From the NCBI GenBank assembly GCA_002269645.1, contig NIVC01003642.1, positions 1-64,000 on the forward strand: a DNA stretch of 64,000 nt. Reading direction: 5' to 3'. The DNA comes from Macrostomum lignano (lineage: Eukaryota). The notes beneath the pieces were generated by a model, which saw only the letters and a list, made by a program, of their open reading frames with translations, made no database searches and was not told the origin of the DNA. Below, in pieces: positions 37,180 to 57,350 of this stretch. A program made the translations under genes and the position numbers. Each line of letters begins with the position of its first letter. The first letter of the stretch is position 1.

Positions 37180-37425
37180 AAGCTCGAATTACCACTAGCT
37201 TAACTTACAACAAACTAGAATTACCACTAGCTTAACTTACAACAAGCTAGAATTACCACTAGCTTAACTTACAACAAACTAGAATTACAACAAGCTAGAA
37301 CTACAACAAGCTAGAATTACAACAAGCTAGAATTACAACAAACTAGAACTACAACAAGCTAGAATTACAACAAGCTAGAATTACAACAAGCTAGAACTAC
37401 AACAAGCTAGAACTACAACAAGCTC
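37180..37425. repeat. 16-bp-based repeat (CTAGAATTACAACAAG)
   Basis: Tandem copies. Confidence 0.85.
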
Positions 37426-37999
37426 AAAATCAGGTGATAGTTCAACTGATGAAGTGAAATTTGGCCTTCAAGTGGTCCTTGGGAATCGTTTTCTAGTCCG
37501 ATTTTCCTGTGTAAGACTCGCTATTTTTACCACGGAATAGCCGCGGTTTTCCCGCGAAAAAATCCTTATAGTATTATTTATGGCTGGCTATTTCCTCCTG
37601 TCCCTCCAATCAGAAAGGGCTTTGAGTTGAGGGTGCTACTGAGTTTATGCGCTAGCAGTTCCTTAGCCTCGAACACAAGAAATTATCCCATATTCCCACT
37701 GTTCAATGGCCATTTAGTGCTGCAGTTGCTGTTACGTAAGCCATGCGCAACGCTTTGGGTCCAAGCCGGCCTTGACCTGACCGAGGTTCATCGAACCGCA
37801 AACACTGCCCTGCTGCCCTGGATTGGGAGATAGGAATAGGGATTATTGAAGACCAAAAGCTGCGGCTGAAGACGGACGGCCAGACTTGGTGCAACACTTG
37901 ACTAATGGATGAGGAGGAGCTGTGTTGCTTTAAAGCTGCCCCATCACCTGCCAGGGATAGTAAATTAATAATTGGTTGAAGTGGTGGGAAAATGAGTTG

Positions 38000-38430
38000 G
38001 AAAATAGAATGGATTGTTAATCTAGCCAAAACCCACGGAGGAATAGAATGGATTGCTAATCTAGCCAACATCAATATGAAGATATAGAATGGATTGCTAA
38101 TCTAGCCAACATCAATATGAAGATATAGAATGGATTGCTAATCTAGCCAACATCAATATGAAGATATAGAATGGATTGCTAATCTAGCCAACTTCAATAT
38201 GAAGATATAGAATGGATTGCTAATCTAGCCAACTTCAATATGAAGATATAAAATGGATTGCTAATCTAGCCAACATCAATATGAAGATATAGAATGGATT
38301 GCTAATCTAGCCAACATCAATATGAAGATATATAATGGATTGCTAATCTAGCCAACATCAATATGAAGATATATAATGGATTGCTAATCTAGCCAACATC
38401 AATATGAAGATACGAGCTATATAATGGATT
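38000..38430. repeat. 41-bp minisatellite with core AGAATGGATTGCTAATCTAGCCAA
   Basis: About 9-10 copies; core shared with 31344-31640. Confidence 0.9.
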
Positions 38431-39059
38431 GCAAATCTGCTGACCTCACAGCTTTACATGTAAATAAAAGGTATCTAAATTTGGGAAACTCCTCGTTGAA
38501 TTTTCACCGCAACTGTTTGCAAAGCTCGTGCCGCACACGATCAACAAAAACTGCTGCGCATCCATGCTTTCGGATCTGCTTTCAAAGAAAACGCAAAGCA
38601 GAAAAATTCTGCCCCTCGTATTTCGCGTGGGTGTCCGACGGAGTCAACTCCTCCACCAGCCACCGCTCCCGGTGAAATCTTCTGCTTCAGCCCTCTGCAC
38701 TTGCTAATTCCATTACTGACACGCTGGGCTGCGCAAAGGCAGGTCATTAGTCGGTCGGAGGTTTTCGGGTCTGCATTTTCCTAGAAACAGCTATGCTAGA
38801 AAAGAAATAATGCAGTGTAGAGGATGGCGGAGCCACTTTGCATCGCTGGCCGCCTACACAGCTGATGCTTTAGCATGCGCGAGCTATTCTACACCAGATG
38901 TTGCAGTCAAGAATTTATCTATTCTAACGGTTTTAATAGATCTTCACTCATGGTCCCGAGCTCGAAACCTTCAGTTCATTCTGGCGCCATCATGCAGACT
39001 GATGTCAATCTAAACTGTCGAAAATATCGTCGAAATTTCGAGGTGCTAACTTTGAAAGC

Positions 39060-39215
39060 CTTGAAGCTATTGCTGTTCGATCCAAGGACTGGGGGTCGCC
39101 ACACACACCCTTAATTACCCCAGCTAATGCTGGCAATTGTTCCAGTCGAATCGGGAATCGAACCCCCGACCTTCAAGCCGGAAGTCCGACACTCTAACCA
39201 CTAGGCTACAAGCCC
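39060..39215 (-). mobile_element. tRNA-derived SINE head, second family (or tRNA pseudogene)
   Basis: Reverse complement GGGCTTGTAGCCTAGTGGTTAGAGTGTCGGACTTCCGGCTTGAAGGTCGGGGGTTCGATTCCCGA has good A and B boxes. The acceptor stem does not close and the anticodon stem is broken. The body differs from family 1. Confidence 0.6.
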
Positions 39216-40104
39216 ACTGAGGCTCCAAAAAGACGTCAGAGAATCAATCAGAATTATATTCGTTTCCATGACAACCCCTAAGCGTGCTGGGTTAACCTGG
39301 GCTATTCACGAAGCCCTATTAGACTCTGTTGACCATTAAGTTCGCCGCGAGCTCCCCATTGGCTGATGTGGGCGCAGCCAGTGCTTGGCACGGCATGGCT
39401 GGCTGCACTGCAGGCTTGCGTGGGCCTCGCGCAGCCCCCACCGCCGCCATCTTTTATCTTTAAAACGGCGGAGCGGGCAGCCGGCTTTATACAAGAAGGA
39501 GCGGCTTATCTGAAGGCTGAGGCAATACGCGATAAAATGCTGCACCAGCAGCAGCAGCAGCCACACATTCTGGAGACCTGAATGAGGCGTCTTAGCATCA
39601 TTTAGCCTACTAGCTACTGATCTGAAAGACACTAGAGTCAGCTTCCGTGTCTACAGGCGCGCGCGCAAGGAGGCGGAGCAGGAACAGACACGTTGGAGTC
39701 GGGTAGGTGTACATATGCTACAAAATGTCAAGCCAACTGTTTGGTTAATTAATGTTGCAGCATGCTATGAGGTCAATCCGTCTGGACCAGCTAGGTAGAT
39801 AGGATAGATAGACAGCTCTCTGTCAGTTTGCCGTGAACTCGGGATAGAGTGAGAGTGGCTGCTTACCGTACCCTGTGGCAACTTCATTATGCAGGAATAT
39901 CCTTAGCTCTTATTCGCCGTCAGTGGGAGAGTCCGAGATGGCGGCAATCAGTCTGAGCTGTCAGACTGTCGCGTGTGCAGCGATGGAGAGCGGAGAGACA
40001 GGAGAGAGAAATCAGGCAGAGAAAGGCGGTGATGAAGACAGATGATACTGGGAAGTGGATAGCGTGCCAAGTAAAGACTTTCATCACCGGATCTAGACAC
40101 TGGC

Positions 40105-40945
40105 ACTTTATGACTGACTGTGTGCTACTATGTGTGTCTATTTGAAGCTAGCTATAGTCTATGGCTGACTGTGTGGGACTGTGTGTGTGTCTATTTGGAG
40201 CTAGCTATAGGCTATGGCTGACTGTGTGGGACTGTGTGTGTGTGTCTATTTGGAGCTAGCTATAGGCTATGGCTGACTGTGTGGGACTGTGTGTGTGTCT
40301 ATTTGGAGCTAGCTATAGTCTATGACCGACTGTGTGGGACTGTGTGTGTGTCTATTTGGAGCTAGCTATAGGCTATGGCTGACTGTGTGGAACTGTGTGT
40401 GTGTCTATTTGGAGCTAGCTATAGTCTATGACCGACTGTGTGGAACTGTGTGTGTGTCTATTTGGAGCTAGCTATAGTCTATGGCTGACTGTATGGGACT
40501 GTGTGTGTGTGTGTCTACTTGGAGCTGGCTATAGTCTATGGCTGACTGTGTGGGACTGTGTGTGTGTCTATTTGGAGCTAGCTATAGGCTATGGCTGACT
40601 GTGTGGGACTGTGTGTGTGTGCCGATTTGGAGCTAGCTATAGGCTATGACTGACTGTGTGGGACTGTGTGTGTGTCTATTTGGGGCTAGCTATAGGCTAT
40701 GGCTGACTGTATGGGACTGTGTGTGTGTGTGTCTATTTGTGGCTAGCTATAGTCTATGGCTGACTGTGTGGGACTGTGTGTGTGTGTGTGTCTATTTGGA
40801 GCTAGCTATAAGTCTATGGCTGACTGTATGGGACTGTGTGTGTGTCTATTTGGGGCTAGCTATAGGCTATGGCTGACTGTGTGGAACTTTGTGTGTGTGT
40901 TTATTTGGGGCTAGCTTAGTCTATGGCTGACTGTAAAGGACTTAT
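40105..40945. repeat. ~46-50 bp minisatellite with internal variable (TG)n
   Basis: Unit CTATGGCTGACTGTGTGGGAC(TG)nTCTATTTGGAGCTAGCTATAG. Confidence 0.9.
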
Positions 40946-41714
40946 GTGCCTATTTGGAGCTGGCTATAGTTTATGGCTGACTTGCCCAGATTGAAAAAAA
41001 ATCACTCCACAGATTGACAGAAGTCGGGAGAAAGATACACGGGGGGAGAGATGTGTCCTGTCTCCTGCGGGATTGGTCTCCAATATTCGTGAAATGTAAG
41101 AAGCGACAGTGTCTGGCGACTGGGTCAGCGCCTGTTTTACAGCCGCCCAGGCAACGATACGGGCTCGAATATCTATCCATCTTCCGCCTTTGCCTTTTAG
41201 TTGCTTCTCTTCTTCCAGCGTGTCTGGGAGGCCGCTCCCCCTCATTTGCCTGTAGTCTCTTCTAGGAGGGATCCTATAAAAGAGAGGGTCGAAGCAGAGG
41301 AGGGCTCGGGCAGAGTCAGGAGGGGAGGAGAAGCGAATTACGCCAGCCGGAAAGTAAAAGTGCAGACAGTCGGTTCATAGGGGGGGGGCGCGCACACATA
41401 TGGCAGTAGTATGCACCAGTGAAACCACCCCCCCCCTCTCATGCATTTATTTATTTGCCCATTTCTCTGGGGAATTCGGAATGGAATATTTTCCTGAAAT
41501 TCGCTTTTTGGTACGAGGATAAGAGCGGTTTTGAATTTAAGCCGGAAGAAAGGCAGCCTTATTACAAGGAATATTGCAATAACTATAGCAATGTACTATG
41601 TAACTTTAAGCATGAAATCTGGTTCTAGAAGCAAACTATTAATTTTAAAGGGCATTCTTCTTACAGTTATGAGTCAAAAAATGAATCCCGTCTGTTTTTG
41701 ATGGGTTATTTGAT

Positions 41715-42600
41715 TTACTCAGTGTGTGTTTGATAAGAGCTTGATTCACCCACTGTGTGTTTGATAAGAGCTTGATTCACTCAGTGTGTGTTTGATAAGA
41801 GCTTGATTCACCCACTGTGTGTTTGATAAGAGCTTGATTCACTCAGTGTGTGTTTGATAAGAGCTTGATTCACACAGTGTGTGTTTGATAAGAGCTTGAT
41901 TCACCCACTGTGTGTTTGATAAGAGCTTGATTCACCCACTGTGTGTTTGATAAGAGCTTGATTCACACAGTGTGTGTTTGATAAGAGCTTGATTCACCCA
42001 CTGTGTGTTTGATAAGAGCTTGATTCACCCACTGTGTGTTTGATAAGAGCTTGATTCACTCAGTGTGTGTTTGATAAGAGCTTGATTCACCCACTGTGTG
42101 TTTGATAAGAGCTTGATTCACTCAGTGTGTGTTTGATAAGAGCTTGATTCACTCAGTGTGTGTTTGATAAGAGCTTGATTCACCCACTGTGTGTTTGATA
42201 AGAGCTTGATTCACTCAGTGTGTGTTTGATAAGAGCTTGATTCACCCACTGTGTGTTTGATAAGAGCTTGATTCACCCACTGTGTGTTTGATAAGAGCTT
42301 GATTCACTCAGTGTGTGTTTGATAAGAGCTTGATTCACCCACTGTGTGTTTGATAAGAGCTTGATTCACCCACTGTGTGTTTGATAAGAGCTTGATTCAC
42401 CCACTGTGTGTTTGATAAGAGCTTGATTCACCCACTGTGTGTTTGATAAGAGCTTGATTCACCCACTGTGTGTTTGATAAGAGCTTGATTCACCCACTGT
42501 GTGTTTGATAAGAGCTTGATTCACCCACTGTGTGTTTGATAAGAGCTTGATTCACCCACTGTGTGTTTGATAAGAGCTTGATTCACCCACTGTGTTTGAT
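41715..42600. repeat. 31-bp minisatellite (GTGTGTTTGATAAGAGCTTGATTCACCCACT)
   Basis: Tandem copies, period 31. Confidence 0.95.
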
Positions 42601-43089
42601 ATGATATAAAGCCACTAATATTTGTGGACAATTCACACATTTAGATGACTTACACTAACTATTTTTGCCAGGAGTTCTTAATATTAGTCTGGAATTAGGC
42701 ATAGGCCTTGCTGTGTTGCCTGTCTTCATGCACAGCTCCTATAGTGCGCGCCCCCTGCCTATCTGTGTGTTTGTTTGAACAGTGAGGCCACACATTGATA
42801 GCACCGTTATGCTTACAAAATGAGCAGACAATATCTGCTGATGGTAGCTTTGCCTGCCTCTTAGATTCTATCGGTATTCAGCTTTCGCCAAGTTTAGCTA
42901 CAATTTATCAATCTGTGTAGCTAGCCTGTGTCTTCCGTATGATTACCATCTAAGAAGATGCATCCAAGAAGATATTAAATTAGCTGGCTATCTAGTTCCA
43001 AACAGACAGGCGCGAAAAAATTCATTTAACAAGCTGTGGCTTGCATGTGCGGTGCTTCATTCATTTCGGCTGAACTGTTCAACCTGGAC

Positions 43090-43903
<814 letters not shown>

Positions 43904-44279
43904 ACTTTAGACGCATTTCTACATGCAAGCCAGATTAAAAAGAAGATAACTGTCCCAGTTTGAATGTTATTAATCATAATTTTAGCTTTTCTTCATGCAG
44001 GCTTCAGCTTGTATAAGAGTACAATAAGAACAACTTGATAGGCTGTCTGCTTTCTTTCCCGTCTGGCTTCCTGTCTGGCTTCTGGCAGGAAAATTTCTGC
44101 TTCAAGTTCAACTGTTGCTTTGAAAAAAAGGGTGCCGCCAGAAAAAAACTCGCATCTGGCGGCGGCATTAGCGATTGAAGTACACGAGCCATTTTATTTC
44201 TAGGAAAGTCTTCACTGCCGCTTCTCAGTGCATGACTCGCTCTGTCTATCATTCTGCTGGAATAGACATCGTGCCGATC

Positions 44280-44460
44280 GCAGTCTCCCATGCCGCTTGC
44301 TGGCCATCAGGGCCAGCCCCCAAGGCACAGAGAGTGTACATGCCTGACGATTGGACAGTCAGGGCCGCTGTACACCCTGTGTGAGCGTGTCTGAGTACAG
44401 TATTGGCGCGCCTGCATATGCTCAGGAGTCAGAGGAACGGGCAGAACTGCCGTCAGAGCT
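44280..44460 (+). mobile_element. SINE family 1 copy D (partial)
   Basis: CAGGGCCAGCCCCCAAGGCACAGAGAGTGTACATGCCTGACGATTGGACAGTCAGGGCCGCTGTACACCCTGTGTGAG...GCTCAGGAGTCAGAGGAACGGGCAG. Confidence 0.72.
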
Positions 44461-45086
44461 GGTTGCATGAAAAGGAGTTGGCTAGTAGTGAGGGTCGGGT
44501 CAGGAAGACCAGTTGAAATGCAGTCCGCAGTTCAGGAAGGAGCGGATTAATCAGTGAATTAGGCAGTAGCTGTGAATCCCAGTTGGCCAGAAGTGGCTCA
44601 AGCTTAAGGTCTGAGTGGATGGGGAATCCTCGCTCAAAGAAATCCTCAAGTGTCCCATTGAGCACTGCGGGCCTTGATCGGAATTGGGAAGCGGGAGAGA
44701 GCCGCTTGGTGATTAATGACAGGGAATTTATTCTCTAAGATTGCCCGCCGTTGTGCAGATGAGGCTGGAGCGGCAACCGAAAAAAGGAGTGCCTGCTGTC
44801 AGTGGGAAATGGGAGAATTCAATTTGGGAATCTTAATCCAGCATCTTGCACTCAATACTTTCTTCATCTGTCGACCTGCTAAAACAGACCATACTTGATG
44901 GGGTCTTCGGGCCCGCAGCCATGTCCGTTCCGCTGATCCCTGAGCAAGAGCTCACACAGGGTGCACAGCAGCCGTTAATCGCTGAGCTGGATAACACTTG
45001 AATGCTGATTTTTATTACCTTTATGGTTTGCTTATGAGCCGTCATAATCTAGCGATCACGTGACCTGTGCGCGCACTGATTGGCAG

Positions 45087-51064
<5,978 letters not shown>

Positions 51065-51149
51065 ACATGATGGCTTTACAGCATTACACTGTCACTTGCT
51101 GCTCAGTGGATACATACCACCCTTGGGGTCATTCTATGGCCTCCATTTG

Positions 51150-52130
51150 GACTCTTTAATGGACACATCCCTTGGGTACTTTAATGGACACATCCCTTGG
51201 GTACTTTAATGGACACATCCCTTAGGTACTTTAATGGACACATCCCTTGGGTACTTTAATGGACACATCCCTTCGGTACTTTAATGGACACATCCCTTGG
51301 GTACTTTAATGGACACATCCCTTGGGTACTTTAATGAACACATCCCTTGGGTACTTTAATGGACACATCCCTTGGGTACTTTAATGGACACATCCCTTAG
51401 ATTCTTTAATGGACACATCCCTTGGATACTTTAATGGACACATCCCTTAGATTCTTTAATGGACACATCCCTTGGATACTTTGATGGACACATCCCTTGG
51501 ATACTTTGATGGACACATCCCTTGGGTACTTTGATGGAAACATCCCTTGGGTACTTTAATGGACACATCCCTTGGGTACTTTAATGGACACATCCCTTAG
51601 ATTCTTTGATGGACACATCCCATGGGTACTTTGGTGGAAACATCATCCCTTGGGTACTTTGATGGACACATCCCTTGGATACTTTGATGGACACATCCCT
51701 TGGGTACTTTGATGGAAAAATCCCTTAGATTCTTTAATGGACACATCCCTTGGGTACTTCGGTGGACACATCCCTTGGGTACTTTGGTGGACACATCCCT
51801 TGGGTACTTCGGTGGACACATCATCCCTTGGATACTTTGATGGACACATCCCATGGGTACTTTGGTGGAAACATCATCCCTTGGGTACTTTGATGGACAC
51901 ATCCCTTGGATACTTTGGTGGACACATCCCTTGGGTACTTTGGTGGACACATCTCTTAGGTCCTATGGACACATCGCTTAGGTCATATGGAAATATCGCT
52001 TGTGTCCTATGGACACACCCCTTGGGTCATATGGACACATCCCTTAGGCCCTATGGACACATCCTTTAGGTTATATGAACACATCCCTTGGGCCCTATGG
52101 ACACATCCCTATGGGCACATTACTTAGGTC
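51150..52130. repeat. 24-25 bp minisatellite (GGACACATCCCTTGGGTACTTTAAT)
   Basis: Tandem copies downstream of the APC stop, degenerating rightward. Confidence 0.95.
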
Positions 52131-52814
52131 AATAGACACGCCCCCGGAACCTGCAGCGGACACATCCTTTGAGTCGTTCTCTAGGCGCAAACCCACCTGC
52201 AAGGTAACTGCTCCCAAAACTCGCTAGACCAATCAAGGTTCAATACAAAACCGCTAACTTCGCCGCTTTCAAGTGTCAGAACTGCAATGCTCTCAAGTGT
52301 ACACGACTGTAACAGTTTTTTTATTCTGTTCCACATGTTACAGTTTATGCTTAGCCACTAAAGCCAATAAATCAAACTTAGCCAGTGTATTAGTAAATAT
52401 TATTAACAATAGATGCTGATTTAGTCACCATTAAGTAGCCTGCGTTGCCGATTGATTGCTATCAATGTTTTTCATTTCTAAAGTACATTTCTAAAAATTG
52501 ATGCTCTGGCCATTTTTCATTCATTGCGGTTGCCCGTCGCAATTTTACAGTCGGGATCGTTGTGTCCGGGTGCGACGCAATTATTTTATCCCTCGGGAGT
52601 TGCGTGACTGCTGGGAATCTCCCCCTGTCTTTTAACTTCTCGAATATTTTGGCAGAGAGAGGCTGCGCTATTGCTAAGCCATCAAGTAATTGCCCAGCAA
52701 CAAAAAAAATTCCAGCGTGTTTAACTGAGAGGAAAAAGCAGCCGACACTGTGCGGCAAATGCTGGAATGTGGGCTGTGTTGACTACGCATAAAAGTTGAA
52801 AGCTTGTAGTATGG

Positions 52815-53493
52815 GTTTTTGTGCTTGTGGGAGTTGGGGCTATGCTTGTGGGGGTTGGGGCTGTGCTTGTGGGGGTTGGGGCTGTGCTTGTGGGAGTTGG
52901 GGCTGTCCTTGTGGGGGTTGGGGCTGTGCTTGTGGGAGTTGGGGCTGTGCTTGTGGGGGTTGGGACTGTGCTTGTGGGTTTGGGGCTGTGCTTGTGGGGG
53001 TTGGGGCTATGCTTGTGGGGTTGGGGCTGTGCTTGTGGGGGTTGGGGCTGTGCTTGTGGGAGTTGGGGCTGTGCTTGTGGGGTTGGGGCTGTGCTTGTGG
53101 GAGTTGGGGCTGTGCTTGTGGGGGTTGGGGCTGTGCTTGTGGGAGTTGGGGCTGTGCTTGTGGGGGTTGGGGCTGTGCTTGTGGGGGTTGGGGCTGTGCT
53201 TGTGGGGGTTGGGGCTGTGCTTGTGGGGTTGGGGCTGTGCTTGTGGGGTTGGGGCTGTGCTTGTGGGGTTGGGGCTGTGCTTTGTGGGGGTTGGGGCTGT
53301 GCTTGTGGGGGTTGGGGCTGTGCTTGTGGGGGTTGGGGCTGTGCTTGTGGGGGTTGGGGCTGTGCTTGTGGGGTTGGGGCTGTGCTTGTGGGGGTTGGGG
53401 CTGTGCTTGTGGGGGTTGGGGCTGTGCTTGTGGGGGTTGGGGCTGTGCTTGTGGGGGTTGGGGCTGTGCTTGTGGGAGTTGGGGCTGTGCTTG
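52815..53493. repeat. G-rich 20-21 bp minisatellite (GTGCTTGTGGGGGTTGGGGCT)
   Basis: Tandem copies. Confidence 0.95.
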
Positions 53494-53899
53494 TAAGTTC
53501 TCAGGAACTGGACTTGCTTTGGGAACCGTGTTTGGAGTCTGTGTTGAAGGTCTTTGTTAAAGGGGTCTTTTCGAGTAGGGCTTAATGTGCTGCGATTTTT
53601 TGAATCTCTAAAGCCTGAGGAAAAAACGGTAAATTCATCCGATCAGTACCTGCCGAGCCACTAGTGCCGGCCTGCAGCAATAGTCCAACAAAGTTTGTCT
53701 TTTAGCCAGCCAAGCACGCATGCCGGCTAGGTAGAGGGCTCGGATTCCTGATCCGCTAGTATACCAGCGGGGATTAATATATGGGATATTCCGGGCGGCT
53801 GTCACGCTCTCGATGTCTCCTCGGAAACTTCGTATTCAATCTTTTCCGCTCCCTGTCTGTCTCTCCCTCTCAGTCCTGCACAGCTGGTACCGTATCGCT

Positions 53900-54620
53900 A
53901 GATGGATGCGACTGATCAAGGACTCCTAAGTGACATACAGTCTGGACTGGAAGCCAAAACGACAACTAAAAGAAATTATAAAATAGCCGTTAGACACCGC
54001 GGTCAAAGGCTTAATTTTATTGTATGCATTTTATTTTCAGTTCGGCTACGGTTCTCTGGAACATGGTCATTGATGATCAAGAAGTATGATGATGATAAAT
54101 CCTGACCCGATCCTCAAGGTCCCTCACCCCTTTTGACGGCCTTCTTCTACCTCTCGCCCCATTGGACATCTTTGTCCGCGGCGAGGCAGCCAAAACGTGT
54201 GCCTTTAAGATTTGAAGGACAGCGGCACTCCCTCTGTCCTTTCGGACACAGAACCGCACTTCCTGAATCTCTACCAACGCTTCAAGGTCCTTATCCCCTC
54301 CAGGGAGAACGCTCACGACAAGTGGACCCACAGGAGGTCCACTGTTTCACGGATGGATCCTCCAAAGATGGACATCGTTAGTGTGCATCCTTATCAGCGG
54401 ACGCGTGATCTCTAGCGTCTTCCAGAATGAAGTGTCCTCGCCATCAGCTCCTGCGTTGCAGAAGATAATCTTCTTCCACTCTGACGGCCAGGCTGTCAGA
54501 CCAGCGCGCCGACTCTCTTGCACTTGGATCCAGGTTATTTCTCAGCCCCGTGACCCTGACCTCTATCTCTGCCATGGTGTCGCTAATCGCCAGATGGGAC
54601 GACTTCCCAACTGCCTTCAA
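53900..54620 (+). pseudogene. Decayed non-LTR retrotransposon RT-connector/RNase H relic (I/Loa/R1-type)
   Basis: Frameshifted fragments: VRLRFSGTW, RFKVLIPSRE, HCFTDGSSKDG (RNase H TDGS motif), IFFHSDGQAV (SDSQA-like), CTWIQ (W-x-P-G-H-like). Confidence 0.65.
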
Positions 54621-54644
54621 TCATGAGCGGCAGGGAGCTCCAGT

Positions 54645-54800
54645 GCTGAGCTAGAGGGCTGTGCTGAGGGATGTGCTGAGGGGGATGTGCTGAGGGATGT
54701 GCTAAGGGGGCTGTGCTGACGGGGCTGTGCTGACGGGGCTGTGCTGAGGGGGCTGTGCTGAGGGGGCTGTGCTGAGGGGGGGGCACTGTGCTGTGCTGGG
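54645..54800. repeat. Short G-rich repeat (GGGCTGTGCTGAG)
   Basis: Tandem copies. Confidence 0.8.
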
Positions 54801-55009
54801 CGGTGCTAGGTGCACTGAGTCCAGTTGCGTTCATCCCAGTAGACTAAGAAGTTTATCCTAGCTCCAATTCTAATTCGTTGCTTCCATCCAGTCCAGTCCA
54901 GATTCTAAGAAAGCATTTTTAGCCGTCCATGAGCGGACCTAAAGCACGGCGTAGAGCCTTTTTGCACACACTTTCCGATCAAATGTGCAGAGCGAAAATG
55001 TGATGTCAG

Positions 55010-55238
<229 letters not shown>

Positions 55239-55779
55239 GGAAATACATCGAAACACAATAACCCCAGTTGGGTTAAAAGTTCATTCCATAAGAAATAGAA
55301 TTATTTCTCTCCTTATTTATTCTCCCAGGGGAGGAATGGCAGGCGGAGTGGCCGACCTAATGCACGCCTAGCGAGTGTAGCGTATATCCGGTATTCTGGG
55401 CCTCAGATAACTGCGGCTGGAAACCCAGCAGAGAGAGAGAGAGAGAGCCGTGTTGGATATCCAAACTAACTGAGGGAAAAATTTCCCCAATCCTTGGGGC
55501 TGTAGGATCCGCTCACTGCGTGACTGGAGGCCAATGTGCAGCAGATGGGATCTGCCTTTGATCCGACGATAGCAGGTGCGAATAACTCGCTTCGGGCTTC
55601 TTTAACTAGCCACTGTGGGACAGTGGGCTTAGCCTTTGACAGCCTCGTTTTCTGACCTTGTTTTTGGTCAGTTTCTTTGACCTTTTTTCTCGTCATCCTG
55701 TCTTCTTCGGCTGAAGATTGAAGGCTTGAGTGAGGCGCGCGATTTCTTGCTCTAATTGAACCAGTTTCTTTGTGGATAT

Positions 55780-57350
55780 GCCACTTGTTATCCTGAGTGT
55801 GTCATTTGCCATTAGTGTGCCACTTGTTATCCTGAGTGTGCCATTTGTCATTAGTGTGCCACTTGTTATCCTGAGTGTGCCATTTGCCATTAGTGTGCCA
55901 CTTGTTATCCTGAGTGTGCCATTTGCCATTAGTGTGCCACCTGTTATCCTGAGTGTGTCATTTGTCATTAGTGTGCCACTTGTTATCCTGAGTGTGTCGT
56001 TTGCCATTAGTGTGCCACTTGTTATCCTGAGTGTGTCGTTTGTTATTAGTGTGCCACTTGTTATCCTGAGTGTGTCGTTTGTTATTAGTGTGCCACTTGT
56101 TATCCTGAGTGTGCCATTTGTTATCCTGAGTGTGCCCTTTGTTATCCTGAGTGTGTCATTTGTTATCCCGAGTATTCCATTGCCATTAGTGGGCCACCTG
56201 TTATCTTGAGTATGCCCTTTGTTATCCTGAGTGTGCCATTTGTTATCCTGAGTGTGCCCTTTGTTATCCTGAATGTGCCATTTGTTATCCTGAGTGTGCC
56301 CTTTGTTATCCTGAATGTGCCATTTGTTATCCTGAGTGTGTCATTTGTTGTCCTGAATGTGTCATTTGTTATCCTGAGTGTGCCATTTGTTATCCTGAGT
56401 GTGTCATTTGTTATCCTGAATGTGTCATTTGTTATCCTGAGTGTGTCATTTGTTATCCTGAGTGTGTCATTTGTTATCCTGAGTGTGTCATTTGTTATCC
56501 TGAGTGTGTCATTTGTTATCCTGAGTGTGTCATTTGTTATCCTGAGTGTGTCATTTGTTATCCTGAGTGTGTCATTTGTCATCCTGAGTGTGCCATTTGT
56601 TATCCTGAGTGTGTCATTTGTTATCCTGAGTGTGCCACTTGTTATCCTGAGTGTGCCATTTGTCATCCTGAGTGTGCCATTTGTCATTAGTGTGCCATTT
56701 GTCATCCTGAGTGTGCCATTTGTCATCCTGAGTGTGCCATTTGTCATCCTGAGTGTGCCATTTGTCATTAGTGTGCCATTTGTCATCCTGAGTGTGCCAT
56801 TTGTTATCCTGAGTGTGTCATTTGTTATCCTGAGTGTGCCACTTGTTATCCTGAGTGTGCCATTTGTCATCCTGAGTGTGCCATTTGTCATTAGTGTGCC
56901 ATTTGTCATCCTGAGTGTGCCATTTGTCATCCTGAGTGTGCCATTTGTCATTAGTGTGCCATTTGTCATCCTGAGTGTGCCATTTGTCATCCTGAGTGTG
57001 CCATTTGTCATCCTGAGTGTGCCATTTGTCATCCTGAGTGTGCCATTTGTCATCCTGAGTGTGCCATTTGTTATCCTGAGTGTGCCATTTGTCATCCTGA
57101 GTGTGCCATTTGTTATCCTGAGTGTGCCATTTGTCATCCTGAGTGTGCCATTTGTTATCCTGAGTGTGCCATTTGTCATCCTGAGTGTGCCATTTGTCAT
57201 CCTGAGTGTGCCATTTGTTATCCTGAGTGTGCCATTTGTCATCCTGAGTGTGCCATTTGTCATCCTGAGTGTGCCATTTGTTATCCTGAGTGTGCCATTT
57301 GTCATCCTGAGTGTGCCATTTGTTATCCTGAGTGTGCCATTTGTCATTAG
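55780..57350. repeat. 21/18-bp minisatellite (TTGTTATCCTGAGTGTGCCAT / TTGTCATTAGTGTGCCAT)
   Basis: Tandem copies; a 39-bp dimer on the left and mostly 21-bp units on the right. Confidence 0.95.

Noticed and set aside
39150-39215. tRNA-Gly(TCC)-like gene on the minus strand (and tRNA-like head at 11660-11725)
   Set aside because: The acceptor stem does not pair and the anticodon and T stems are defective. Interpreted as SINE heads.
40964-41245. Minus-strand ORF with weak gag-like phrase (KQALTQSPDTVASYISRIL)
   Set aside because: It is too short, with no LTRs, PBS or pol remnants recognisable nearby.
44340-44445. Ribozyme-like motifs in the SINE core: CTGACGA (hammerhead CUGANGA), GCCTAAC (twister-like), GGCGGAATGGG (HDV-like 3' end)
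   Set aside because: No GAAA follows a stem II, CUGANGA is absent in copies A/B/C, the twister pseudoknot motifs are missing, and no pyrimidine-rich L3/P1.1 could be built. Kept only as an unclassified structured domain.
52462-52758. 98-aa non-repetitive minus-strand ORF
   Set aside because: No ATG context, recognisable domain or linked exons.
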